A stretch of 64,000 nt of DNA from Hemiscyllium ocellatum (taxonomy: Eukaryota), in contig NW_026867476.1 in NCBI RefSeq assembly GCF_020745735.1, positions 496,001-560,000 of the forward strand, in the 5' to 3' direction. Below are positions 1 to 11,812 of the stretch, one piece after another. The notes under the pieces are model-generated. The model was not told the DNA's origin and ran no database searches. It worked only from the letters and a program-made list of their open reading frames with translations. Position 1 is the first letter of the stretch; each line of letters opens with the position of its first letter. The position numbers and the translations under genes are program-made.

Positions 1-2040
1 AGGTATCGGAGGTGAGGGAGAGATTAAACTGAGTAGGTGAATTAGGTAAACAGCACCTGTAGAGGGCACAGTATAGAATGAAGCAGGTGGTAGATAAAAG
101 CTCTGAGACTCGAAAGTTTTCCTGAGGGGATAACGTATTAATACTGTCACCAATGATAGGAGATCCCTTCAAAGCCAGGTCTAGTGGTCCCTATCAAATT
201 GAGAAAACGTTGACTCAGGCAAACTATTGAGTAAAGATGCCAGATAGAAAGAGAGATGTATTGGGTATGTCATGGGAATATGTTTAAACCGTATTACACT
301 GGAGAGAAAGAATTAGAGAAACAGTTATTATCTACTGCCCCCCAGAGGGAGGAATCAAATCCAGACGATATGGGGTTTGAAGGGCCTCAAAATAGATTAA
401 AAGATGAAGAAGTCTTTCGGGCATGGGATAAGTTAGTAAGCTATCTGTCTCAGGAGCATAGAATGCAGTTCAAAAACTTGTTACTGCAATACACAGACAT
501 ATTTAAGAATCAGATGGGGCAGACTAATGCTATTGTACATGAAGTAGACATAGGAAATACTGCTCCAATAAAACAACACTCCTATTGGCTTAATCCTTTC
601 AAAACCAGAGAGGTCCAGAACGGGGTGGAGGCCATGCTCGATGAGAACATCATCGAACCAAGCCAGAGCGAGCAGAGTTCGCTGATCTTCTTAGTTCCCA
701 ATCTGGATGGGATTCAAAAGTTCTGCGTGGATTATCAGAAGGTCAACACCATTACAACTTCGGACTCATATCCAATTCCTAGATTGGAGGATACTATCGA
801 GAAAGTCGGACAAGCCAGTTACATCACCAAGTTGGACATAATGCGTGACTTCTGGGAGGTAACTTTGTCAGAGTTGGCGAAAGCAATTTCTGTATTTGTA
901 ACCACAAATGGGCTATATCAGTTTAAAGTAACGCCTTGTGAAATGAAGAACGGGCCCGCCATATTCCAAAGACTCACGAACAGAGTTGTGGCTGGGTGAA
1001 CAAACTGTGCAGTCCATTTGGACCATGTAGAGAACTTTAATAAGTCCTGGAAAGATCACATGGTACAGCTGACGGAGCTCTTGGAACGAGTACGTGAGGC
1101 AAAGGTGGTAATAAACTTAAATAAAATGGAATTCGTACGAGCAGAGGTGACGATCTTGGGACATGACATCGGCCATGGAAGAATGACCCCAAGGAATGCA
1201 AAGACGAAGACCATCGAAAAAATTCCACGACCAGTCACGAACAAAGAGGTGCTTCCATTCTTGGACACAGCGAATTCAATCAGACGTTTGTTCCAAACTT
1301 TAGGAGCATAGTGGCACCGTTAACTGATTTGCTCAAGAAGAACACAATGTTTCGGAGGACAGAACTATTCCAGGAAGCTGTCGACCATTTGAAATCGATA
1401 TTAAACACCAAACCAGTTTTAGCTTCTCCAAACTTTTCAAAATCTTTTAAACTCAGTATAAATTCTCGTGACGTTGGTGTTGGAGCGGTACTCCTACAAG
1501 AACATGCCGTTGGGATTGAACTGCCAGTTGGTTACTTATCGAAGGAGATCAACATCTACCAGAGGAAATGTGTCAGAATCGAAAAGGAACTATTGAGTTT
1601 GCTACTGTCTTTCCAACATTTTAATGTGTATGTCATGATCAATGTGTCTGAGACAGTTGTGTATACTGACCACAGGAGAAAGTGAGGTCTGCAGATGCTG
1701 GAGTTCAGAGCTGAAAATGTATTGCTGGAAAAGCGCAGCAGGTCAGGCAGCATCCAAGGAACAGGAGATTCGATGTTTCGGGCATAAGCCCTTCTTCAGG
1801 TTACTGATTCCTCAAGAACGGCTTATGCCCGAAACGTCGAATCAATGTTTTATATATATGCAGATATAAGGAAAGAAGTTAAGGTGAACTTATATTCAAG
1901 TTACCTGTATGTTAGGTAATGCGTTTAGAAAGTTAAAAAAATGCCATCTTTTCATTATGATAGTTTTTTTTCTCTTAAGCGGGGAGTTGTGATGACGACA
2001 TGGGTGTACTTTAGGAGAGTTAAAAGCAACAGAACTACAT
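1..2040 (+). mobile_element. Degenerate Gmr1-like Ty3/Gypsy LTR retrotransposon remnant: integrase C-terminus, then RT, then RNase H, then PPT and start of 3' LTR
   Basis: Manual translation from base 3 gives ...RKFS*GDNVLILSPMIGDPFKARSSGPYQIEKTLTQANY*VKMPDRKRD, continuing in ORF 256 as VCHGNMFKPY (GPY/F integrase tail). ORFs 256-999 and 1018-1311 are Gypsy RT (FCVDYQKVN, YPIPRLED, KLDIMRDFW). ORF 1311-1685 is RNase H (DVGVGAVLLQ, EKELLS, YTDH). Purine tract aagcggggag at ~1977-1986 is followed by tgtgatgac at 1988. Multiple stops and frameshifts. Confidence 0.85.
1679..1843. mobile_element. Short Penelope-terminus-derived element ending in a 34-bp inverted repeat
   Basis: Same terminal sequence family as the Penelope ends at 59520 and 62232. 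Arms 1767-1800 and 1810-1843 are reverse complements with about 3 mismatches. It interrupts the Gypsy RNase H region. Confidence 0.75.
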
Positions 2041-2044
2041 TACT

Positions 2045-2280
2045 GTTAGTCTGGAGTCACACGTAGGCCAGACTAGGTAAGAATGGCAGTTACCTGCCTG
2101 AAAAACATTATTTAACCATATTTTTGTTTCATTTCCCAGGCAATCGATTCACAGTAATCGTGAGACTCTTAATCCCAGATATTTACTTCTTTCAAATTCC
2201 ACCGTCTGAAATGGCTGGATTTGAATTCATGTGATCAAAACATGATCTGGCACTTTCGATTGACAGTTAGTGATAACGCT
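2045..2280 (-). mobile_element. Degenerate shark SINE (non-HE1 family)
   Basis: Contains ttcaaattccaccgtctg...ggatttgaattc, the reverse complement of the gggttcgaatcc...ggcagatggtggaatttgaa motif seen at 63905-63950 and ~2735-2760. Confidence 0.55.
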
Positions 2281-2647
2281 ACGAGACCATCGCCTCCCCG
2301 ACTGTGGAGCTGCGTGCTGTTGCCATCCTTCTGACAGAATCCTGAAAGATTTTTGTTTCCTCTGTGTGTGCAGTGATGTCTCTCCTGCAGCAGAGATAAA
2401 TAGGTTTGGGCGCAAGACTGTTCACCGACGAGCTGATAACATCCACATGTAGTGGTAAGCAAAGTACAAGGAATTGGACCAGTACTGGGAGGTCTGGACA
2501 CTTCTGTCATTCATTCAAGGGAGCCCACACATGCATTCTTAGACGGTTGAGTGTCAATCCGATCTATGAATGCAAATAGAACTACAAATTGGCAAACTAC
2601 ATTCGAGTTGGAAACAAGTGTTTGATGTACAATTAGGCATACAATGA

Positions 2648-2830
2648 ACGATGAAGGAAGCGATTGCCCAATGGTATTACCACTGGATTATTAATCCAGA
2701 AGCCCAGGGAATATTCTGGACCTAGGTCCGAATTCCAACATGGCAGTTGGTGAAATTTCAATACAGTAAAAGGAAACCTAGTGTTAAGGGGCCTATTGAA
2801 GACCATGAAATAATTTTTGATTTTTGGAAA
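2648..2830 (+). mobile_element. Degenerate shark SINE 5' part (non-HE1 family)
   Basis: ttaatccagaagcccaggg...ggtccgaattccaacatggcagttggtgaaatttcaat is similar to 63875-63955. Confidence 0.55.
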
Positions 2831-2904
2831 AAAAAAATCTGTGTCACCAGATCCCGTTGTTACCTGGTGCAGGGTAGACATTACTCTGGACCCATACCAG
2901 CATA

Positions 2905-3127
2905 CCAGCAGATGCTGGAGATCAGACTCGAGAGTGTGGTGCTGGAAAAGCACAGAAGTCATGCAGCGTCCGAGGAGTGGGAGAATCGACATTTTTGGCA
3001 CTAGCTCTTTGTCAGGAATGAGACAATCTAACTCTTTATTAAGGGCTTGTGCCCAAAACGCCCATTCTCCTGCTCCTCAGATGATGCCTGACCTGCTGCG
3101 CTTTTCCAGCACCCCACTATCGAATCT
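2905..3127. mobile_element. Short Penelope-terminus-derived inverted-repeat element
   Basis: gtggtgctggaaaagcacag...gcagc arm and reverse-complementary gctgcgcttttccagcaccccac arm. Confidence 0.65.
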
Positions 3128-3400
3128 TATTCAATGGCCCTGTCCGTGACCTTAACGATTTTATACACCTCTGTAAGGCAACACCTCAGCCTCCAAAGCT
3201 CCAGTCGAAACAGCTCCAGATTATTCAGCCTCTCACAACAGCTCAAACTCTCCAACCCTCGCACATCCTTGTAAACCTTTTGACAATATGTTCTGCTTTC
3301 ACTACAGGAGTCATTCACTGTATGGACATGCATTTTCTGCGTAATTGCTTTCTGATGATCGTCATAACTGTTCAGCATTCCAAATAACTTCTACGAAGAA
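3128..3400 (-). mobile_element. CR1-type LINE 3' fragment
   Basis: ORF 3127-3378 (ERLNNLELFRLELWRLRCCLTEVYKIVK) resembles the CR1 ORF2 C-terminal tether region seen in other copies in the window. Confidence 0.7.
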
Positions 3401-4597
3401 AGTTTAATGCACAAAGTGGACATTGTGCCTGTAGTGCATTTCAGCCAAGGTTCAGTTACAAGAAACATTTTCATCATTCTATCGTATAGACATGAAAGAA
3501 CCGTGAGTCTATTTCTGTGCTGCATTCTTCTATTACTGATTCTAACTGTCACTTCAATGTTTTGACTCAATCAACAAGAAGTTACGACATTATTGCTGTT
3601 GGTGTTGCTGAGTTGTCAGACACTGTTTTCCATCACCGCACGCTGGTGCAGTGAGACAAAGACTGAGCGCTCCTATAAGCTATCTGTGCAACTGGTTACT
3701 ATGAACTTGCATGACTGCTTATGTTTTTCATGAACCGGTTTCATCTCTTCTAAAATGGAAGAGTTACCCTGTCTGTGCAGAATGTATTAACTCCGGAGGG
3801 GTGCCAAGTCCCACGCGCGTCCTTATTCCAGAATCCGGAAAGTCTCTTTCTTGACTCAGTTTCAAACTGGGTTCATGTAATTCTCACTTGTCGCCAGAGC
3901 ATGAAAAGGAACCCATCGGACTTTATAGAAATTAAATTTCTAGAAGTGACCCGCTGGCAAAGAAGGAAACCTTCCATGAAGAATGAAAAATGCTCAGTTC
4001 CATCCAGACTGACAGCAGAAGCTTCATGTGACTGGACGGCTCAGAGTCACGCGTCAGTGATCACAATATGTTTTTGATTGGTTATTATTATTAAGATATA
4101 AATTAGAACCCCCTTTCTCATTCATATGTGAACCAAGTTTGCGTAATACTGGATCACTGAACCTATCGTTCGCCATTCTGCAGTTGCAAATACAGACATA
4201 ACAGGGCAATACTGAATAACCAGCAATGTGGTTGACGCTGTTCTCGTTGCACAAGTGTTTGATTATTACAAATACGTGACAGATTATTGTCTCTCAAACA
4301 AGTTCTGCAATTCCCTATGTCGCTGGAGAATTCTGTTTTTTCCTGCATTTTCTGCACTACAACGTGACTGGAACAGTGAAATAGATGGGGACATCTCAAA
4401 ACACACAAGACAAATTATTTATATGCAATATATTGAAATAAATGTATTAGTTCATTTTAATAGTAGATTATTAATCATTAAAGTTTTATTTTCGAACTTG
4501 AGGTATGTGATATCAGTCTGAATGCGGGTACCACTTCAGACCCGCCCATGATCTCACTGTTTCCTTGACGTGCTATCATGTTCAATTGCTCTCTGAC

Positions 4598-4636
4598 AGT
4601 TTTTGCCCGGGGTCAGCCCGGTTCCGAGTCTCTGTG
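4598..4636 (-). other. 23-bp-spacer recombination signal sequence of TCR V segment 1
   Basis: Minus strand CACAGAG (4636-4630), 23 nt, GCAAAAACT (4606-4598), directly after YYCALSP. Confidence 0.9.
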
Positions 4637-5070
4637 GGGCTCAGTGCGCAGTAATACACTGCAGAGTCTGAAAGTTCTGCTTTCAACAAATTCAGCTGGA
4701 TAGTGCGGTTCACATGATCCAACTTCGAGGAAAACCGGTCTCCTGGAAGTCTGTCTGTGGTGCTGATATATTGGTTTCTCTTGAGGAGATATTCCATGGA
4801 GCCGCTGGAATGCTGCCGGTACCAGAACAGGTAAGGATCACTGTTTGTTGAGGCAGTGTAATTACAGAATAACAGGACCTCATCCCTCTCACTCACTGCG
4901 ATTGCGGCGGGTTTTTGTGAGACAAAATCTGCATAACAGCGCCCTGTAAGGACCAGGTGTGAGAGTAAATTTTAAAAGTTGATTCATGATTCGTATTGCC
5001 CAGACGCAGCCCGTTCACCTTGATCAGTAAACAGAGAAAGAAGAGGCAGGGAAGCTGGAAAAGTATCCAA
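4637..5070 (-). pseudogene. TCR alpha/delta-type V gene segment 1 (V exon 4943-4637, 75-bp intron, leader exon 5070-5019); open V exon but in-frame leader starts with TTG
   Basis: V exon after acceptor ccttacag reads RCYADFVSQKPAAIAVSERDEVLLFCNYT...LFWYRQ...DSAVYYCALSP (canonical C, W, YYC). Donor aag|gtgaac at 5019/5018. The 52-nt phase-1 leader LDTFPASLPLLSLFTDQ has an in-frame TAG just upstream and no ATG. Confidence 0.85.
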
Positions 5071-6179
5071 CTCGTACAACTAAGCGACTGGGACCAACAA
5101 GATTTTGACATATGAAATAAAAAGTTTTTTTATAAAGAAATACAGGCCACGCGTTTAACGAGGTGATTTCCCATTCCCCTTCCAAGGGGACACCTGGAAA
5201 CAGTCGGTTAGTTTAAAAGGCCGGCCTTTGTCCAGTCATTTCAGTCGCTTCAGTCCTGTGTGGATTCCCAGCCTAACTCCTCCACTGTCATTCTCCAAGT
5301 ACAGTCGCTAATTTCTTCCAATCTTTGCTGAGTTGGGACACGTTTAGACCCAGATCATTTTCATCTGTGGAAAATGTGTTCCTGTCTCTGTGATGCTGGA
5401 ACAGCGCGAATCAATGTGTATTCTGGCAAACAACTAACGCATAATGTCCCACAAGTTGTGGACTTACCGGTTAGAAGAGCTGCAGCAGTGAGCAATGAAT
5501 AGAGAGTTCGAGACGCCATGTTTGCTGAGAAATCACGTTGAACATGAAATTAAAATGGTTTTCGTGAAGAGTTGGGAACAATTGAGTAATTTCCGGATCT
5601 CTGCTCATTGGTTCATTACTGGCAAAGACATCAGGTGACAGCCAGGGAACTTGGAGCTGTTTTATTCTTCAATTGGACCACTTTTAAGCTCGTGGGATCC
5701 TCAATTCATGCCATAACTATGAACAAGGTTCTGGAAAACGGTTATTGATACGTCACTGAAACGTTGATTTTGTTTTTTTTTCATCACGGATACTATCAGA
5801 TTGGCTGAGTTTCTCCAGGTAATTTCACTTTGCTTTCAGATATCTAGTAACTGCAGTTCTTTGTTATTTGTTTGAACAACAAAGTCAATTTATTCACCTG
5901 ACAACACTGCGAAGGACGAGAGTTTAAACCAAATGTTGTCCCAAAACGGTCATTATTTCTGCAGGCATCGCTGGAAAAGTAAAATAGTTCATGTTGTTTT
6001 ACTATCAGTACTGTTGTTCCCCAGTTGCTCTCTGACGACGAGAGTTCCCTGCAACTGATACGGAAGACCAGTGGGTCAGAGAGATTTGGAATAAAATAAC
6101 TAGATAAATAAATAATTGATAAAGCTTCAGAGAATGTAATAGCAGAATCAAATGCTGTTTTCTTGGCATTTGGTGGCAA

Positions 6180-6450
6180 ACATCATTGGTTGCAATGGTT
6201 ATTCAGTTGTTAGCAAGCCTGTCGCACTGCACTGGGGTCACAACTTTTATTCCAATTTCGGGTGAACAATTTTTGGAGAGTACACGTTCTTGCTGTACTC
6301 CGGGTATTTGCACACAGTTCAATGATGTGCAAGCTATGTGGATTAGCCGTGGGAAATGCTTGGTTAATGGAATGGGACAGGATAGGGTGCATGCGTTTCC
6401 ATTGGTGGGTTTGGTTTCCATAGGCTGCATGGCCTGCTTTCACACTGTAG
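6180..6450 (+). mobile_element. Highly degenerate HE1-like SINE
   Basis: Residual motifs ctccgggt...cacacagttcaatgatgtgcaagctatgtggattagccgtgggaaatgc. Confidence 0.4.
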
Positions 6451-7259
6451 AGATTATATATTGTCAAAAGCTGGTTTCATTCAACTTTACCTTTAATCGT
6501 CGAAAATGTTACTTATGTTTCTATGTCAGATGCAGTGTGTCCAAACGCTTGCTCGCCGTCATATTGTCAGGCAGTATTAGATGTAAATATCACCATGACC
6601 ACGAGCACCCATACAAGGACAACTGATCCATTTAAAAAAATGTCGCGGTACAAACTTCCTCATTTGAATGAGAATAGAAAGACCAGAGATACAAACTAAC
6701 ACACCATCTAAATACTAACTAAAGTGAATGTACAACTGACAAGTTTACAGATGACACAAAAGTAAGGGGGATGGCAAGTGGTGACGGTGACTCAAAGAAT
6801 CCATAATTAGTCAAAGACGTAGATGATAACAGTGAGTGTCAGTATAGCATCCTCTGGTGAATCGGTATGAAATTTGCAATGCCTTAAAATGAAGAAATTC
6901 TGGAAGGGCAATAACAGATGAAGAATTTTCAAGGCATGTTCTCGAGATGATTGGATTGCATAACCATTGATGTCAAAGGATGGGCAATCATAATTCCTTC
7001 ACGTTTCATTGAATTATGATTTAAACTGTTATTTACATGCTGTGTCACATGCTCATTGTTTTGCACTTTCTTGCCATTCTCCTTCAATACTTTCTCACGA
7101 TAATGGCGGAATGAAACGGTAATCAATTGGTATGTTTTAAAAAAAAAGACCTTTGATATCATTTAGAGGAAGTGTTTTGCCAGAGTTCCCTGGTGCGCGT
7201 TTGTCTCCAGACCTGACAAAATGGTTGATGCTTAACTGACCTCCGAATATATTTTGCAA

Positions 7260-7430
7260 TGCACAAAATTCAAGGGGCAATTAAGGAAGGGAAAAATGCT
7301 GCCTTTACCAGTGACAAATTCTGGAGATTTCTGGGATATTGCTTTTCCTCTGAGTTTGATCACGTGAACCGCTCGTTCCAGGTGGAACCATTAAAAACAG
7401 AACTCACGCTCTCTGCAATATATTGCTCCT
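7260..7430 (+). pseudogene. Possible internally deleted relic of a TCR V segment
   Basis: ORF 7259-7492 contains FSSEFDHVNRSFQVEPLKTELTLSAIYC, similar to FR3 of V1 (FSSKLDHVNRTIQLNLLKAELSDSAVYYC), preceded by FR1-like AIKEGKNAAFT. No WYRQ and no good RSS. Confidence 0.45.
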
Positions 7431-7825
7431 CTCAGAGACGCAGAATTGAAATGGTTCACAATTCGATCGTACATATTCAAGCAAAGCTTTAGTATTTATG
7501 AATATATTCTTGCAGTGAATTGATGCTGCCAGTTTAGGGAATGAAAAATAAAGAACGTATTTCAGGCCTTTTGAAATGTCTTGAATGCTTTCACCGTTAA
7601 ACCAATGGGGCGCTGTAGAAAATACAAGAACCAGTTTTGTTCCAGTAACCTCTTGCTGTCAGGCAAGTAACTGCAGCACTCATACGACCAACATCGAACT
7701 GTCACATGATTCTAATAATGAAACACTGGAAGAAACAGAAACATGTCAAACACAAAACAGTGGCATGGGGAAGCCAGTAGAGGGTGTCACTGTATCAGAT
7801 TAAACAGAAGACGGACTGACAGTCG

Positions 7826-7873
7826 TGTAGATTTAGAGAGAGAGAGAGAGAGAGAGAGACGAGAGAGAGAGAG
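7826..7873. repeat. (GA)n microsatellite
   Basis: Direct reading: agagagag... with one interruption. Confidence 0.9.
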
Positions 7874-7971
7874 ACATTCTGAGCCTCTTATTCATCAGTT
7901 TGGAAGTCATTCATTCAAACGTCCCTCCAGGTCAAGGACTTTCCCATTGCAGGCAGAGATTATCTCTCTTT

Positions 7972-7979
7972 CACATGCG

Positions 7980-8018
<39 letters not shown>

Positions 8019-8020
8019 AT
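7972..8020. repeat. Compound (GC)n(CA)n alternating purine-pyrimidine microsatellite
   Basis: cacatgcgcgcgcgcgcacacaca...cacgtat. Confidence 0.9.
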
Positions 8021-10932
8021 CGAGACAAACCTCAAGGCGAGCAGTAACATTTCATCACTTTAACAGCAAGAGAGACAGAAAAAAGAAAAAGTTAATGACT
8101 CTTTTTTTGAACAAACCTCCGAAACAACAAACAGTCCATTGCACACAGGTACAGATATAGAGACATACACAAACGTAGAAACACACATGACTGCACACTA
8201 AATGCAAACACACGTACTTACAAACACACATAGATAGTCAGGAACAGAGATACGGAACATACAGATAGAGAAGCAAAAGCACAAATACATGGACGCATGT
8301 ACTCACTGTCTTGGTCTCTCTGACAATCCATCTCTCGAATTTCCTGTGTACAACCTTGAAAACTTCAAAATTCGGAGACTGTTTGAAAGTAGAGTTCATG
8401 AAAGGCATTCCCTGAGAGTAGGAGTGTTGATAACTGAGCTCACATTCTCCAGAAAATGTGTCAGTAATTTAGGAATGAAGTGAGAAACATTGGTTCGCAC
8501 AAAGGATTGTGAGACTTTGTAATTTTAAATGAAATTTGTAATGAATCAAACAACAATTTCACTACAATTCCAAGACATAAATACACATCTTTACTCTTGA
8601 TGTGAAATAAATGATTCATGACACTAGGAAAAGAGAGTGGTTTGCTCAGCCAGTCTGTACCATTGCCACAAAATACCACCGTCACTCTGCATTTTATTCT
8701 GTCTTTTTCATTATTCCAAATAAACTTGAAATGGACGAGAGAGCAGAAAGGAATAGAAGAAGCAAAGGCATTCACAGAACAGAGGAATGAACGTCTTGGC
8801 CAATTAATAATTGCATTGCAAAAGCAAAAGGCAAGTGTCTTCAATGACAATGATATCCAAGCGACAGGATAAGAAGCGCCCACTAATGAGATATCTAGTA
8901 TAGTCACAGGATAAGTATGTAATAATAATTGCTTCAGATGAATAAATGTGGACATGAAGTTAACAGTGAGGTGACCGACTTCAATTTTCAAATTACTCTG
9001 GAACTTTCGATGTAAATACAGATCCTATCTAATGTGCCATGCCAGACCAATACCCAGTGCTCCCTACATGATCTAATCAGAGTTTTGAAAAGCAGCAGCC
9101 AACCTGACTTTCAATTTTCTCTATCACAGCCATCGCAACACATTATACATGAAAGGAGATTATGTTGAACGTCGACTGATATAAATTAAGACATATTTGA
9201 CTTGAAAATTGTCTTAAAATGGGCATTAAATTTAAAATCAACTTCTTAAAATCATACATAGAGTTACACAGCACAGTAACGGACCTTTTGGCTTGACATG
9301 ATCATGCTAAGCAGATGTCATATATTGATTGTGCTCCATTTGCTGGCATTTGATCGGTATCAGTCTAAACCCTTCCTATTCATGTACCCATCCAACTGAC
9401 TTTTCAACGTCATAATTGTACCCGCCTCCAAAACTTCCTCTGGCAGCTAATTACTTTCATACACCATCCATACACCTTTTGTATTACGCTTTTATTATTT
9501 CACAAAACGTATCAGAGACCAGACTGCAAGCGGAGATTTTGCTGGGTAAGGAAAATGCGTTAATAAACACAATCTCTGCAAATGCCCTGAAACTTACGTG
9601 GAATCAAATTTAAAAACATACGCTTTTATCTCACAATATCTCCTGTCCATGTCCAGACTGTAGCAATAGGATCATGAGCAATGCAATACCGACGAGATCA
9701 TGAGCCGTAAGTATTGTGAAGGGCGCATGCACAATAAGGTTACTTGGTCTCTGTCAAATGTGAAAGAAAGCAGAATGTGGGAGAGTCATTGGGGGTGGTT
9801 GCGAGAGCGTTGAGCTTTAATTAACACCGAGTGCAGACCTCAAACCTCGAAAAAGACACTCATGCTCCTACACTGACAGTGAACTAACCTGAAGATATTC
9901 TGCCACGTGTCTCAGCGACAAACCCCGACTAATCGTTGACATATTTTTTGGTGGAGCGCAATAGCCAATAGCGTGCGTGCACGCTACTCCTGAGTTCACA
10001 GAGGAAAGCCATGAATATATTTGCAAAATGGACAGGGATAAAATCTTTTTTGCAGGGGATTTACCCACGGGGAATTTAAATCAAGAGGAATTGGGAAGGA
10101 AGACTGGAAATGCAAAGAAACTCAAGTCAAGTAGAATCTTTGGAGGGAAAAGCAGCGAGTTCAACAATGCAAAAGAGTGGCTGAACTTAAAATGCCAATC
10201 CTAACTTACTCTCTACACATGCTGCTGTGACAGCTATGTTACTCCTTCCTTTCAGATCTCCAGCACTTGCAGTATTACACATTTACTCAAGAGAAATATC
10301 TGTCACTTCTGCATTTCTATTCTGAACGGATATTCAAGGCTTTAATTACGTTTTTTTTTCTGAAGTACATTTGAAGCAGGGAATTGATAGCCGAGAAGCT
10401 GAGCTCATCTGTCACATCAAGATACGACACAGAATCTGAAATTCATCATGTCTGAACATCATTTGTTTTGAAGTTGGAACACAAATGTTCATTTATTCTG
10501 TCTGTCGGCCAAGGCTGCAACTAAGAATAAGAGCCACTGGGTGGAGAGCCAATTTCAATGGGTATGAATGGATTGGAGCCAGATAAATTGCAATCAAAAT
10601 GATGGGTGAACATTGCATTACTTTCAATCAGAAATAGTTCTGACAAGATTAAGGGTATGTCCCCATCAGTGATGGAGACAGTGGTCACAAAGCCAAAACT
10701 GTTTTGATGACAAAATAGAGAAAGAAATTGAGATTCCCAAGGAAAAGACACTTGCTGACAAACATGAGGTTGATAGTTCAATGCTAACCAGGGTAAGTTT
10801 TGACTGTTCTGGGATAAGTGAATAAATAAATGTCAGAAGCAGAACGAAAGTTTCAAAAGATGGCAAAGCTAACTTGGCTGTGCAGCAAAGGTTCTTCAAT
10901 AGGCATGTAACCAATAAATGTGCAATTTAACG

Positions 10933-11575
10933 AAAATGCATTGAGTGTGGAGAAGTCTTTAAAAGATCATCCAAACTGGACAGATTCAATACCACCAGCG
11001 CCAGAGACTGTGAAAAGGGGTTCAAATACCCGTCCGAGTTGGAAATGTATTGAAGCAGTCACACTGAGTAGAGGCCGTTCATTTGTTTGAAGTATGGAAA
11101 GGGATACACTGGGTGTTCACATATGCTGACACATCAGCGGTTTCCCACTGAGGAGAAAAGAGACCTTTTAAATATCCAAAATGCGAGAATTTCTTCAAAA
11201 GTTCGAGTGACATGAATCTTCATCAACGTGTTCATAATGACGAGAGGCAGCTCTTCTTATCTCACTATAGAACTAGATTCAATTGATCATCTCAATTCGC
11301 TGTACATGAGCAAGTTCACACCACACGACACCACTCTCCCGCCATGAGTGTGGGAAAATATTTATCACTTCATCCAAACGTTTGGCACACTAATGATTCG
11401 CCTTGTGAATAGACCACACTCCTGTCTTGAGTGGGATGAATTAACTAATTCATCTGAACTGCTAATGCATCAGTGACTTCACACTAGAACAACACCGTTC
11501 TTATGCCCTGAATGTGGGAAAGGATTCATTGTCGTTCAATCTGGTCATACAGCAACAAATTCACAAATGAGATCT
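10933..11575 (+). pseudogene. Degenerate C2H2 zinc-finger array
   Basis: Manual translation gives KCIECGEVFKRSSKLDR and [43 protein letters not shown], plus further HT/RP linker remnants; many stops. Confidence 0.8.
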
Positions 11576-11642
11576 CATTCATATCTTATAATACATTGTT
11601 GTATGTCTTGGCGTATGCAATGAATCAAACATTTTGCAATTC

Positions 11643-11812
11643 AAAGATGTGCAGATCAGGTGAATTGGCCATGCTAAATTGCCCATAGTGTTCGGTGTGT
11701 TAGGGGTAAATGTATGGGAATGGGTCAGAGTCGGTTACTCTTTGGGGGGCCGGTGTGGACTTGTTGGGCTGAAAGGTCTGTTTCTATACTGTAGGGAATC
11801 TAATCTAATCTA
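11643..11812 (+). mobile_element. 5'-truncated HE1 SINE
   Basis: caaagatgtgcagatcaggtgaattggccatgctaaattgccc...gtagggaatctaatctaatcta tail. Confidence 0.85.

Noticed and set aside
4910-4918. Perfect nonamer GGTTTTTGT inside the V1 exon
   Set aside because: No heptamer with the required CAC/GTG end at 12 or 23 nt (best is TACAGGG); it is coding sequence (SQKP).
8618-8872. ORF with coiled-coil-like stretch suggesting a TRIM or butyrophilin exon
   Set aside because: No diagnostic motif, no clear splice sites and no neighbouring RING, B-box, Ig or B30.2 exons that I could recognise.
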